64,000 nucleotides of DNA from a virus: the IMG/VR virus record IMGVR_UViG_3300011113_000491, positions 1 through 64,000 of that record, one strand, 5' to 3'. This document shows, piece by piece, positions 23,314-32,704 of this stretch. Below the pieces are notes generated by a model. It was given only the letters and a program-made list of their open reading frames with translations, ran no database searches and was not told the DNA's origin. Position 1 is the first letter of the stretch. Each line of letters starts with the position of its first letter. Made by a program: the position numbers and the translations under genes.

Positions 23314-26108
23314 TAGTTAACCATCTTTCTTTCTATCTTTAACAACCTCCAATATTTATTTAAATTATCAATAGAAGAATAATATCTTCCATCGCATCTT
23401 ATCATTTTAATTGGTCTTATTTTGTAATTATTTTCTGTTCTCTTTTTCTTTCCGGTTTCAAAATTTTCATTAATAATATTATTATCAAAATTAATAGTCC
23501 ACGCAGAAGTACCGTGTGTAAGACCGGAGGGATGATTTAAAACATATTCGTTTGTACCGTCTGTGAATGTTCCGGTAGAAGACCAGTGCCAACCTTCCAA
23601 CATGGTTCCACCATTTGAAAGTATTACTGTGTTTAAATTATTTGTATCATCTTCAGAACACCGAGAGGCAATGAAAGCCAATTCATCATAACTTGGCAAA
23701 TACCAATCAGAAATAAAATCGTTTGTTTCAGGAAATGCTTCATTGAAAGCAGAAATTGCTCTAGCAACAGTGATATTTTCGCTACTCAAAACTGGAGTAT
23801 AAGAACCAGAATTTAATCCAGTAGCACCAATGTCGTAGTAATGAACAAATTCAGAATTTATAAGTCTCGCAGTATTGAGGAGTCCATAATTTCTAGACCA
23901 TTTTCCGTTAAACGAAGTATTTGGTTTATTTGTTATCCACTCTTCTGGATCATTTGTTGAACGAATTAAGTTGCAACTAGCAAATGAGTATATTGATAAA
24001 TTATCTTTTGAACTTGGTAAACTGTAGTTATACAAATAACCTTCAAACAGTCCCATATCCGAAAAATCAGGATCTTCTATTTTAGTTGTTCCTACTTTGA
24101 ACAAAGGACCCCAACAATTAGATCCATTACTCCAAACAAAATCAGTAGTGTCAGTTGAAGATCCACTATATTCTACAGCCTCACCATTTTCATTTATTGT
24201 TAGTGGATGCTTAGAGATAATCATTATATAAGAATCACCAGAAGTGTTACATAAATCTCCACTTGTAGTAAATCCATATCCACTAAAATCATATCTTGAA
24301 GAATAATATTCGCAAGAAGTAACTCCTCCTAAAGTTGTACTAGCAGTAAACCCATAAGGAGTTCCAAATAGTTCGGAACCAAAGCATTGCGATCCATCAG
24401 GATTAAATATACCCACAACATAACCGTCTGCATATTCGTCACCAACTGATAATGTCTTATTGGGTATAATTGAAAAACATGGAATTGAAGCAGAAGAACA
24501 TGTAACTACATCGCAAGTTGAAGAATCTCCAAAATATGTTTTATTATTTTCAAAGCATTCTTCTCCATTTATATTATTTGTACAGGTTACACCTGAATCA
24601 CAGCAGGCACCATAACCAGAAAAGCAAACATTAAAATTTTTACTATTAGAACAATTTACTCCTGCACCCTGCCAATAACCAGAACAATTTTCTTGTTCGG
24701 TTTCTATGCACACCCCAGATCCATCACAACATGCACCTACATTTATTTTTGCATTTTCGCAACTAAAATCTTCACATGTTTGTTTTAGTCCAGTAAATTT
24801 ATTCCAATAAAAACTATAATTGCTTTCCTCTGCGCTCTTTGCACAGTCACAATATTTTAATTCATCACACGAAACAAAAGATTGCTCCTTGAAGAAACAA
24901 CAAGCACCCAATGCATCACAATAGGTTAATCCTTCAGAATATGTAACTCCCGCAATGAAATGTCCGGGACAAGATATATTTGTAGAAAGTGTATATCCAC
25001 ACTCTGAATCACAACACAAACCAAAAGTAATTCCATTTATTGTACTAGACAGTAAAGTAAATGAACTATTATTACAATTGTATAAATTTGGATTATTTTT
25101 GATAGGCGATCCTGCCGCGGGTGTTTGTTGACTATAGGAATTTAAATAACCATACCAAACATTTCCTATAGAAAAGAATGAAAATAAATCGTATCTTCCA
25201 CTAAAGCAAGGGGAATAACCTAATGGCCACACCACAGGATTTAAACTTGATATTGGAATAGAACCTACCGCAGCGTTGCTAGATGTATAAAAGAATCTAA
25301 GAGGTTTTTGATATGTTTTCATCGGTGGAGAAATCACACTTATTGATTGAGAGTAGAGTGGATTCTCTGGACTTTTTATTATTATCCAAGATTCTTTGTC
25401 TAAGGAAGGTAACTGATTACCTAAGTAAAAATTAGCAAATCCATCGTTAGGATCCAATAACCACGCCTTTACACTATTATTCACTATTGCGGTGGCATTA
25501 CTTACTGTAAGTTTTTCATATACATCACTATTTACTTGATATACTGTTCTTTGATCTGCATCATATGAAGTACCAGTATAACCAGTTTGAAAATCTCCTA
25601 CATTATTTTTAACTAGAGCTCCAACAGGACCTCCAGTTAGTCCTAGAGCAGAAACATCAACCAAATCGTATGTAACGGTTATCGTTTCTCCATCATCACT
25701 AATTGTTATTTCTGGACTTCCAGAAGTTAAATTTCTAAAATTTAAAACATCTGCACTGTAACCTATATTGTCATATGCAGTTACAGATACTTCTTCCTGA
25801 TTAAATTTTATAAAATTTGCTACACTATTATCTAAAGAAGTACCTTCAGCGTGTAAATGAAATGTTCCGGTTGGACCTATTATTGAATTTGATGATCTCT
25901 GGGAACCATCATTGAATGTAAAAATAACAATATTATCTTGTTTGACTACGTTGGATATACTAGGTCCAGTATTACCTGTTGCACCGAATCCTGTATTTCC
26001 TGTAGGGCCAACATTACCCGTATTTCCTCTAGGACCAGTAGGACCAGTATATCCTACTAATCTTTCAATTACGGTTTTTCTTATCGAGCTACTACCATAT
26101 ATTGGCAT
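23313..26108 (-). CDS. Collagen-like, GACC-repeat fibre protein with C-terminal DUF1566-like domain
   Basis: 931 aa; GSSSI plus GXT repeats; GLCC and three GACC; VGDEYADGYVVGIF...YGLLNT...DWYLPSYDEL...WHWSST...IRPIKMI. Confidence 0.8.
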   Translation of the reverse strand: MPIYGSSSIRKTVIERLVGYTGPTGPRGNTGNVGPTGNTGFGATGNTGPSISNVVKQDNIVIFTFNDGSQRSSNSIIGPTGTFHLHAEGTSLDNSVANFIKFNQEEVSVTAYDNIGYSADVLNFRNLTSGSPEITISDDGETITVTYDLVDVSALGLTGGPVGALVKNNVGDFQTGYTGTSYDADQRTVYQVNSDVYEKLTVSNATAIVNNSVKAWLLDPNDGFANFYLGNQLPSLDKESWIIIKSPENPLYSQSISVISPPMKTYQKPLRFFYTSSNAAVGSIPISSLNPVVWPLGYSPCFSGRYDLFSFFSIGNVWYGYLNSYSQQTPAAGSPIKNNPNLYNCNNSSFTLLSSTINGITFGLCCDSECGYTLSTNISCPGHFIAGVTYSEGLTYCDALGACCFFKEQSFVSCDELKYCDCAKSAEESNYSFYWNKFTGLKQTCEDFSCENAKINVGACCDGSGVCIETEQENCSGYWQGAGVNCSNSKNFNVCFSGYGACCDSGVTCTNNINGEECFENNKTYFGDSSTCDVVTCSSASIPCFSIIPNKTLSVGDEYADGYVVGIFNPDGSQCFGSELFGTPYGFTASTTLGGVTSCEYYSSRYDFSGYGFTTSGDLCNTSGDSYIMIISKHPLTINENGEAVEYSGSSTDTTDFVWSNGSNCWGPLFKVGTTKIEDPDFSDMGLFEGYLYNYSLPSSKDNLSIYSFASCNLIRSTNDPEEWITNKPNTSFNGKWSRNYGLLNTARLINSEFVHYYDIGATGLNSGSYTPVLSSENITVARAISAFNEAFPETNDFISDWYLPSYDELAFIASRCSEDDTNNLNTVILSNGGTMLEGWHWSSTGTFTDGTNEYVLNHPSGLTHGTSAWTINFDNNIINENFETGKKKRTENNYKIRPIKMIRCDGRYYSSIDNLNKYWRLLKIERKMVN

Positions 26109-26115
26109 GATTAAC

Positions 26116-27603
26116 TCACACTATGTTAAGTCTGCTCTCAACAGCAGCGAGTCTTGTTCTCAAATCGGTAATTACTGTGTCTAAATCCTCTTCTTGATTA
26201 TTTGCCTTATCTCCAATTGTTATGGTATTTCCGTGCAAAGAATCTATTTCAACTGCATTTGGTATAAAAGACTTTATATTTCCAGAGTCTTTTATTTTCA
26301 TGTATGCTTTCAATGAAACTAAAGAATTTGATTTTTGAGATGTGATTGCTGTTTCTTTTTTAGATCCATCTAAAACTGTTGTTGGGGCAGATTGATATAA
26401 ATTAGTTATAATATCAATCTTTGGTGGTAAGACTCCAATTATTGTAGCTTCTTCAGCTAAAACGCATTCAACATTTCCTGCATCAGTTTTTACTGTAAAT
26501 GTATATGGATTACCCGAAACATTAGTTAATCCATTGTTAATATTTGAATTTACACTAGGAGTTCCAAGTGATCTACTTGTTTTGTTTGCGGAAACAAATC
26601 TATCTCCACTTATTGAATAAAACACAATATCTCCAGCAGTGGGAGATGCTAGTCCAGTTATGTTTTCAAATCCAAGTAAAACGGATTGTCTAGAAGAACT
26701 AGATGTTAAAAAAGTATTGTTCCATGAAAAATTTAAATTAGATGATGGATCTTTTACTGTAGTCGTTTTTCCAAAAATACTAATCTTTGCTCTACTATCA
26801 TTTTCATCAGGAGTATAAGTTTCATTATTTAACTTATAATACACTGAAGTTATTCTAGTGCCTCCGCTGCTAAGAGAAGCAAGATTCGAAGAAGTTAGAA
26901 CAGTATTTGTTCCTTTTGATTTTAATTTAATCTTATAAACAAGACCATAAGATGTTCCAAATTTGTTTATAATATCTTGATTTTCGTCTGTCCAAGGAAT
27001 GTAAGAAGTTCCATCTAAAGGAATATAATCGCCATCGGTAATCTCACCAAAAGTAAATACTATACTTCCAACTCCACTAGCAAATCCACCAACTAAAGTT
27101 TCTATATCTGGTGTTACACTATAACCAATATAATTTGTTACAATTCCAGTATATGCACCACTAGAATGTGGTGCTACTTGATAAATTGGTTTTATTATTT
27201 TTCCAGTATCCGATGGTGCAACTGGTTGAATTAATCCAGCTTCTCTATCGCTTAAAAAGTAAACATCTAGGCCGCCGGCTCCTCCAGTTTCGCCTGCTAA
27301 GTAAGTAATTCCTCTAGATGGTAGGTTAATAGATCCCTGTGTAACTACTGTTAGTGCTCCAGTAGACGAATCTCTTGATTCAACAATACCAACTACTTCT
27401 GATTTTGCTGCGCTATTTGCGTCCGCTTTAAGATATGAAACTCCGGGAATGTCATAGTATATAACATCACCGCCAGTTATACCTGATTGATAATCAGTAG
27501 AAGGTATGCTTATGACAAATCTACTTCCAGTGAAAGCTTCTGGATTTATTGTTACAAATGTTTTTGATACATTTATGTTAGAGGTTGAATTTCCGCAGGG
27601 CAT
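26116..27603 (-). CDS. Virion structural/fibre protein
   Basis: 495 aa; KADANSAAKSEVVGIV...VVTQGSI...VYFLSD domain shared with the 779-aa gene; C-terminal short coiled coil. Confidence 0.65.
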   Translation of the reverse strand: MPCGNSTSNINVSKTFVTINPEAFTGSRFVISIPSTDYQSGITGGDVIYYDIPGVSYLKADANSAAKSEVVGIVESRDSSTGALTVVTQGSINLPSRGITYLAGETGGAGGLDVYFLSDREAGLIQPVAPSDTGKIIKPIYQVAPHSSGAYTGIVTNYIGYSVTPDIETLVGGFASGVGSIVFTFGEITDGDYIPLDGTSYIPWTDENQDIINKFGTSYGLVYKIKLKSKGTNTVLTSSNLASLSSGGTRITSVYYKLNNETYTPDENDSRAKISIFGKTTTVKDPSSNLNFSWNNTFLTSSSSRQSVLLGFENITGLASPTAGDIVFYSISGDRFVSANKTSRSLGTPSVNSNINNGLTNVSGNPYTFTVKTDAGNVECVLAEEATIIGVLPPKIDIITNLYQSAPTTVLDGSKKETAITSQKSNSLVSLKAYMKIKDSGNIKSFIPNAVEIDSLHGNTITIGDKANNQEEDLDTVITDLRTRLAAVESRLNIV

Positions 27604-27614
27604 TTAATTCTCCG

Positions 27615-29954
27615 TTAAGTTGGTAGTGGATAGTCTGCATCTGCTATGATGTGGTAGAAAACTCTATCGTAGTTTACAGTACCAGGTCCAACACAAATTT
27701 TTAAACCACTTGAAGATGGATATGTTGTAACTGTTTCTTGACCAATTCTTACAACTCTAGACGTACCAGAGTAACCAAATGTCCCACTAGACAATCTACA
27801 GTCTCTATTACTCATTAAGTTGAACGCATCGCTTGCGCCTGTAACTGGTGAGTAGATAGAAATTGTAGGTGTATCACGCATTTCAAATGGCCATTTGATG
27901 TAGTTACAAGTATTAAGTGGTAGAACTATATGATTTGGAACATTGTGTGTTGGTGAATTGTCGCTTTGTACAGTCAATTGACCAGGATATTCATTTAAGT
28001 TGTAGGTACTGTAATAATATTTTTTACATTCATTCAATCTTGTGCTTATAGGCAAATGTGAATGTGGTGCAAAAATTTGTTCACCTAAGAAAAGACATAC
28101 AGATGCAATATCAACATATATGTTTTCGGATACTGTAAGCGCGTTTTCTAATGCATTTTCAATTAGAGGAACAAAGTCAAATCCAATTTCTGTATAGTCA
28201 TCAACTAAACTACCACCGAGATCACTTAGATTGTTTATGTTAAATGTCACATCAAATCTTTGCCAAGTGGTTGATAGAGTAACGGTATCAATATAAACTT
28301 TATCTGCTTGAACTTGATTGTTGTATCTTGAGTAGAATAAATCTATAGGATATCCATTGTGTGAACATTTTGCATAAAAACTAAAGACTACATCCTGTGA
28401 ATTGTGTGCTTTTGCAGAAGGAATGACATGTGCAATATGATGATATTCATTTGCTGCTAAAGTTGCAGCCATTGCTTTTACTTGTAAATAATATTCTGGA
28501 TTTCCTTCTATTGAAGTTTGATAATCTGTAAATTGTTTTCTTTCAATTCTATATTCTTTGGTAACTCCAGTTATTCCGTCTGTTCTTCTCCACATGTCTG
28601 CAAATATCACATCAGAAGTACCAGTATATCCTGTAATTTTTCCAGTTTCTCTTTGCCAGATTGAATAATCACCATTTAAAAGCACATTTTCTGTGACGAC
28701 AGCAGCGGTGTTTCCAACCCCACCACTTACTCCAATTAGTAACGATCTATATTCAGAACCAGCGAATGAAGAAGAACCAGATGATTTAAATTGTTTGTTT
28801 ACTATTGTATGAGTGGATGCATCATACTGTATTGCATATAATTTTCCATTATATGTAGATTCTCCTGGATTTAATTTTCTTAGTTGATTTGTATTAGACC
28901 AAGAATCTGCATTGTTTCTTAAAACATATAATCCCACTCCGCCTAAAGTATTAGAAAAGGAACCGAATGTTGTTATTTTGTATAGATAACTACCAGAAAC
29001 TAATTGTTTATCTGTTATAGTTCCAACAACAAAATCTTCTTCATTTCCATTTTCAAATGGAGTTTCTTGTCTGCCAACAGATTGACTTAAAAACCATCCA
29101 TTATAGGATTTTCTTTTTGGACTTCCTGTAGTCAAATAAGTCTGTAAACCTTGATTTTGTGTAAAATAGGATATTATTGTTCCTATGTCAAACCCGCCAG
29201 CACCAGTAGATGTATTATATGCCCCACCGGATTCTGCTGGTAAAGTTACAAAAATATAATTTGAACCAGTTATTCCTATGCCAGATAATGCACCAGAATC
29301 TATTTGGTATCCTCTATATGGAAAAATCACACCAGAGGTTGCACCAATACCAACAATTAGTGGTTTAGAAATATATCCATCTGTTGTGGGCTCCACTGTA
29401 GTGATCTCACCCAATACATCGGAAAGAAAATAAATACACCCACCATTTAGATTATTACCAACACCAGAAGGTCTATTTACTCCGGTAAAATCTCCATCGA
29501 CTTTACCACAAACAGTCACTACAGAAAAGTCAGTATTTCTTTCTGTAATTATACCAACAATTTCAGAGGAAGTTGAAGAAGTACATATTCCAGCAGAATA
29601 TCCAGAGATTGTATCATCATAAAATATTGGAGTTCCAAAGGTAAATCCTACAGTTCCAAGAGTAATTCCTGTAACTTTAAAGGAAACATTTGGTAAAATA
29701 GTTCTACCATCAAAATTAACTTTTCCAGAAAAGGTTAAACCATTTGTTATAGGTAGAGATCCTGTTCCACCCAGATTCAAGGTATATTGACCGTTTATAT
29801 TGCTAGTTACACCAATTCCTTGACCGTGAGTTATACCAAAAACGGTCATTAAATTTAATTTTTCTATAATTTCATCGTTCTCTTTCTCCCACCATTGGTA
29901 GAAAGTAGTTGTCGGTGATAAATCTGAAATTATTGTATCTCTGTTAATTGGCAT
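27615..29954 (-). CDS. Tail fibre-like protein with carbohydrate-binding-type C-terminal domain
   Basis: 779 aa; N-terminal TTFYQWWEKEN fibre-type start; EIVGII...IYFLSD domain; ENVLLNGDYSIWQR...VFSFYAK...TLSTTWQRF...LNECKKYY. Confidence 0.65.
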   Translation of the reverse strand: MPINRDTIISDLSPTTTFYQWWEKENDEIIEKLNLMTVFGITHGQGIGVTSNINGQYTLNLGGTGSLPITNGLTFSGKVNFDGRTILPNVSFKVTGITLGTVGFTFGTPIFYDDTISGYSAGICTSSTSSEIVGIITERNTDFSVVTVCGKVDGDFTGVNRPSGVGNNLNGGCIYFLSDVLGEITTVEPTTDGYISKPLIVGIGATSGVIFPYRGYQIDSGALSGIGITGSNYIFVTLPAESGGAYNTSTGAGGFDIGTIISYFTQNQGLQTYLTTGSPKRKSYNGWFLSQSVGRQETPFENGNEEDFVVGTITDKQLVSGSYLYKITTFGSFSNTLGGVGLYVLRNNADSWSNTNQLRKLNPGESTYNGKLYAIQYDASTHTIVNKQFKSSGSSSFAGSEYRSLLIGVSGGVGNTAAVVTENVLLNGDYSIWQRETGKITGYTGTSDVIFADMWRRTDGITGVTKEYRIERKQFTDYQTSIEGNPEYYLQVKAMAATLAANEYHHIAHVIPSAKAHNSQDVVFSFYAKCSHNGYPIDLFYSRYNNQVQADKVYIDTVTLSTTWQRFDVTFNINNLSDLGGSLVDDYTEIGFDFVPLIENALENALTVSENIYVDIASVCLFLGEQIFAPHSHLPISTRLNECKKYYYSTYNLNEYPGQLTVQSDNSPTHNVPNHIVLPLNTCNYIKWPFEMRDTPTISIYSPVTGASDAFNLMSNRDCRLSSGTFGYSGTSRVVRIGQETVTTYPSSSGLKICVGPGTVNYDRVFYHIIADADYPLPT

Positions 29955-29964
29955 GGTTTAATCT

Positions 29965-32025
29965 CTAGATATTTATATCAAATATTTTATAGTTGTTTAA
30001 AGTTTGAATTAAAATTCTGTTTACTGGTATTTCGTCGCTTACACCTTTTCTTACTCTAAAAATAGGAGTTGATGATTCTTTAAATTCTGTACTGAAAGAG
30101 ATAATAGTGGACTTATATCTATCTGCTCCATCAGTTGATGGATTTACAAAACCATAATTAGATCTATCGTTAAAAATATATCCAGGATCATTTTCGGATT
30201 GTGATGACAATACAAAATTTTCTTGTGTTTCTATAAAAAATTGTATATCAACATTATTTTGTATTTCTGTTAAATTTATTTTGTGTTCTATTGGAAAATC
30301 AACATAGTACCACTTATTTCCTGTTTCAAATGGTATGTTATACCATCCGACATTTAAAATAATTGTTAATTCCTCATTTTCATATGAGTAGTTAATTATA
30401 GAAGGAGTTAGTGGGTATGCGTAATTTGGATTTGGAAACGGAATGGAATAGATATCGTCTATAGATCCAGACAATTGTATTATTGTTGCATCTCCTAAAT
30501 TTGCTTTTGCTTTACAACCAACAATTGGCCAATTAAGCAAACACTCCAACTGTAAATTTGTTTGCAACAACATACTTTCTTGTAATTCGTTCAATTCTGC
30601 AGCTTGCAAAAGAACTCCTGGCTTAAATCCAATAAATGAATAGTTTTGTTTTAAAGTATCCTTTTTCTTTGAATAATATGGTCTAATACTTAATACAAAC
30701 TTTTCACTAGAGGGTGTATTTTTTGATATAGGAACAAATGTTATATTAGAAGAAGCAGTTTTAAATGGAATCTCGGGTAATGTATCTACTACATCACTTA
30801 GCTTAAGAATATTGCTGAAATCAGTAACCAACGAAACGGGTGGTTGATTTAATGAAGCTAAAACTCTATTAATTTTTTGAATTCCTGATTCTCCGTCTGA
30901 AAATATACATTCCCATGCCCTCGCAGAATCTGCAAACGTGTCAAATCCAACTATAGTTTCATTTGTACTTTTATCATATACTAGTCTAGGAGTTCCACTT
31001 TGTCCGGATGCAGTAAAAAAGTCTCTTGGTTGATTTATATTTTTTATAATACTACTTCTAGGAACAAAGAAATTATATACACCAGAATAGTTTCTTGATG
31101 TGAATGTAGACGGAACTGATAATATCTCCAATGCAACACCAGAAGATATGACGGTATTTGTCAATTTAATAACATCAAATGGAATTTCAGATAGAAAAAA
31201 AAGACCTTGTGAATTTACTGTAAACCCAAGAAATGCATCTCTTTCATCATGATCAGAATTTTGTAACCAATTTTTTGCATTTTTGGTATTTGCAAATTTA
31301 TTATAAAATGTTGTAAATTGTCTGGGATCATTGTCTGGTATTTTAAACATTACAGTATCGCTTAGATCATTGCTGCCAGGTCCAAAATTCATTGGTGAAT
31401 CCGCACTAGTTCCTACTAAATAATTAGTATCTGGACTAGAAAATATTTTTTCTAAAGTAAAATCCTCAAAGGTATTTGTATTTCTATTATACATTCTCAC
31501 AGTTTGAGTAGTATCATTATTAAGTGTATGAAATGTTGCTATTGCTACTCTAGGAGATATTGCGATAAATAATGGAGTTGCACCAGTATATAATCCAAAT
31601 TTCCATTTCATTTCTTCGGCAGGTCTACATCCAGCTTGTATATAATACGGTGCATGCTTATCCGGTCCGAAAGAACCCCAAGGACCCCATGTGAAATATC
31701 CAGCACCATAAGATCGTTTACCAACAGAAATACCATGCATATTAATTCTTTGAGAAGGATTAGGAAAAATATTTTTAATCCAACAATTAGAATTAATTTT
31801 TACTGGCAGAATAGAAAAATTTTGATGATTTTTACCATCAGAATTTAAATTTGGAGAGTTCTGCCCATAATCAAAAAAATCCCAAATAGGATCAACGTGG
31901 TTTAATCCATATTCAAATTGATTTTGTGCATGTATGGTGTTACATATACCAGAAATAGGGACAATCTGGCCACCCGATCCAGTTTGTAATCCATAATTTA
32001 TTTTATCTTTGATTAAAAGTGGCAT
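29965..32025 (-). CDS. Trypsin-like domain fused to DUF4815-like baseplate attachment domain
   Basis: AISPRVAIATFH...NDLSD...SGQSGTP; C-terminal FKPGVLLQAAELNELQ...DGADRYK. Confidence 0.6.
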   Translation of the reverse strand: MPLLIKDKINYGLQTGSGGQIVPISGICNTIHAQNQFEYGLNHVDPIWDFFDYGQNSPNLNSDGKNHQNFSILPVKINSNCWIKNIFPNPSQRINMHGISVGKRSYGAGYFTWGPWGSFGPDKHAPYYIQAGCRPAEEMKWKFGLYTGATPLFIAISPRVAIATFHTLNNDTTQTVRMYNRNTNTFEDFTLEKIFSSPDTNYLVGTSADSPMNFGPGSNDLSDTVMFKIPDNDPRQFTTFYNKFANTKNAKNWLQNSDHDERDAFLGFTVNSQGLFFLSEIPFDVIKLTNTVISSGVALEILSVPSTFTSRNYSGVYNFFVPRSSIIKNINQPRDFFTASGQSGTPRLVYDKSTNETIVGFDTFADSARAWECIFSDGESGIQKINRVLASLNQPPVSLVTDFSNILKLSDVVDTLPEIPFKTASSNITFVPISKNTPSSEKFVLSIRPYYSKKKDTLKQNYSFIGFKPGVLLQAAELNELQESMLLQTNLQLECLLNWPIVGCKAKANLGDATIIQLSGSIDDIYSIPFPNPNYAYPLTPSIINYSYENEELTIILNVGWYNIPFETGNKWYYVDFPIEHKINLTEIQNNVDIQFFIETQENFVLSSQSENDPGYIFNDRSNYGFVNPSTDGADRYKSTIISFSTEFKESSTPIFRVRKGVSDEIPVNRILIQTLNNYKIFDINI

Positions 32026-32034
32026 TGTTAATTT

Positions 32035-32703
32035 TTAAAAACTTATTGTTCTTTTTCTTCCAATTGTATCTTCAATTTCAAATACTTTAGGCGATACACC
32101 AATTTCACTTAATCTTGTAACTTTAAATAAGAAAGATCCAAGTTCCTGTGTGTTTACAATTGATGCATCAGTATTTTTTATTTTAAATCTGTCAGCACCA
32201 TTACTTGAAGATGAAAATACAACGCCGGAATTGTCATTAAATATAAATCCTTCATCGGAAGAATTAGAGGAACAAAGAACAAAAGAAGTTTCATATTGTA
32301 TATAATAGCTTCTTGATTGTCCTTTTGCAAAATTAGATCCTAAAGTGTCTAGTATTGATCCATCTATAACAGCCCAAATTCTATAATATTCGCTAACTTT
32401 AAAATTTGCTATAACAATGTCTAATCTTAATCGATTTAGTGTTCCAGATATTACAATATCATTCAAAGAAGGTAAAAAAACTTTATCACCGGATATAGAT
32501 GATAAATTTATAGTATTGCTAGATGCAACGTCATAGAAAAAAATATTGTTATAGGTATTTTGAAATAATATATTCTCTTGAATTTCATTTAGTTCTGAAG
32601 CCTGTAAAGAATATCCTGGTTTAAACGCAACCAAAGAATATTTGTGGTTTTCAAAAACTTCATTTCTACTTTTATATGGCGATGAACCTAATGGTGAACT
32701 CAT
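32035..32703 (-). CDS. DUF4815-like baseplate-associated protein
   Basis: SPYKSR...VAFKPGYSLQASELNEIQ...FNDNS...NGADRFK; follows gp8. Confidence 0.65.
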   Translation of the reverse strand: MSSPLGSSPYKSRNEVFENHKYSLVAFKPGYSLQASELNEIQENILFQNTYNNIFFYDVASSNTINLSSISGDKVFLPSLNDIVISGTLNRLRLDIVIANFKVSEYYRIWAVIDGSILDTLGSNFAKGQSRSYYIQYETSFVLCSSNSSDEGFIFNDNSGVVFSSSSNGADRFKIKNTDASIVNTQELGSFLFKVTRLSEIGVSPKVFEIEDTIGRKRTISF

Positions 32704-32704
32704 A

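Noticed and set aside
8175-26108. Diversity-generating retroelement acting on the DUF1566-like tips
   Set aside because: No reverse transcriptase and no template/variable repeat pair seen in this window; cannot be excluded elsewhere in the genome
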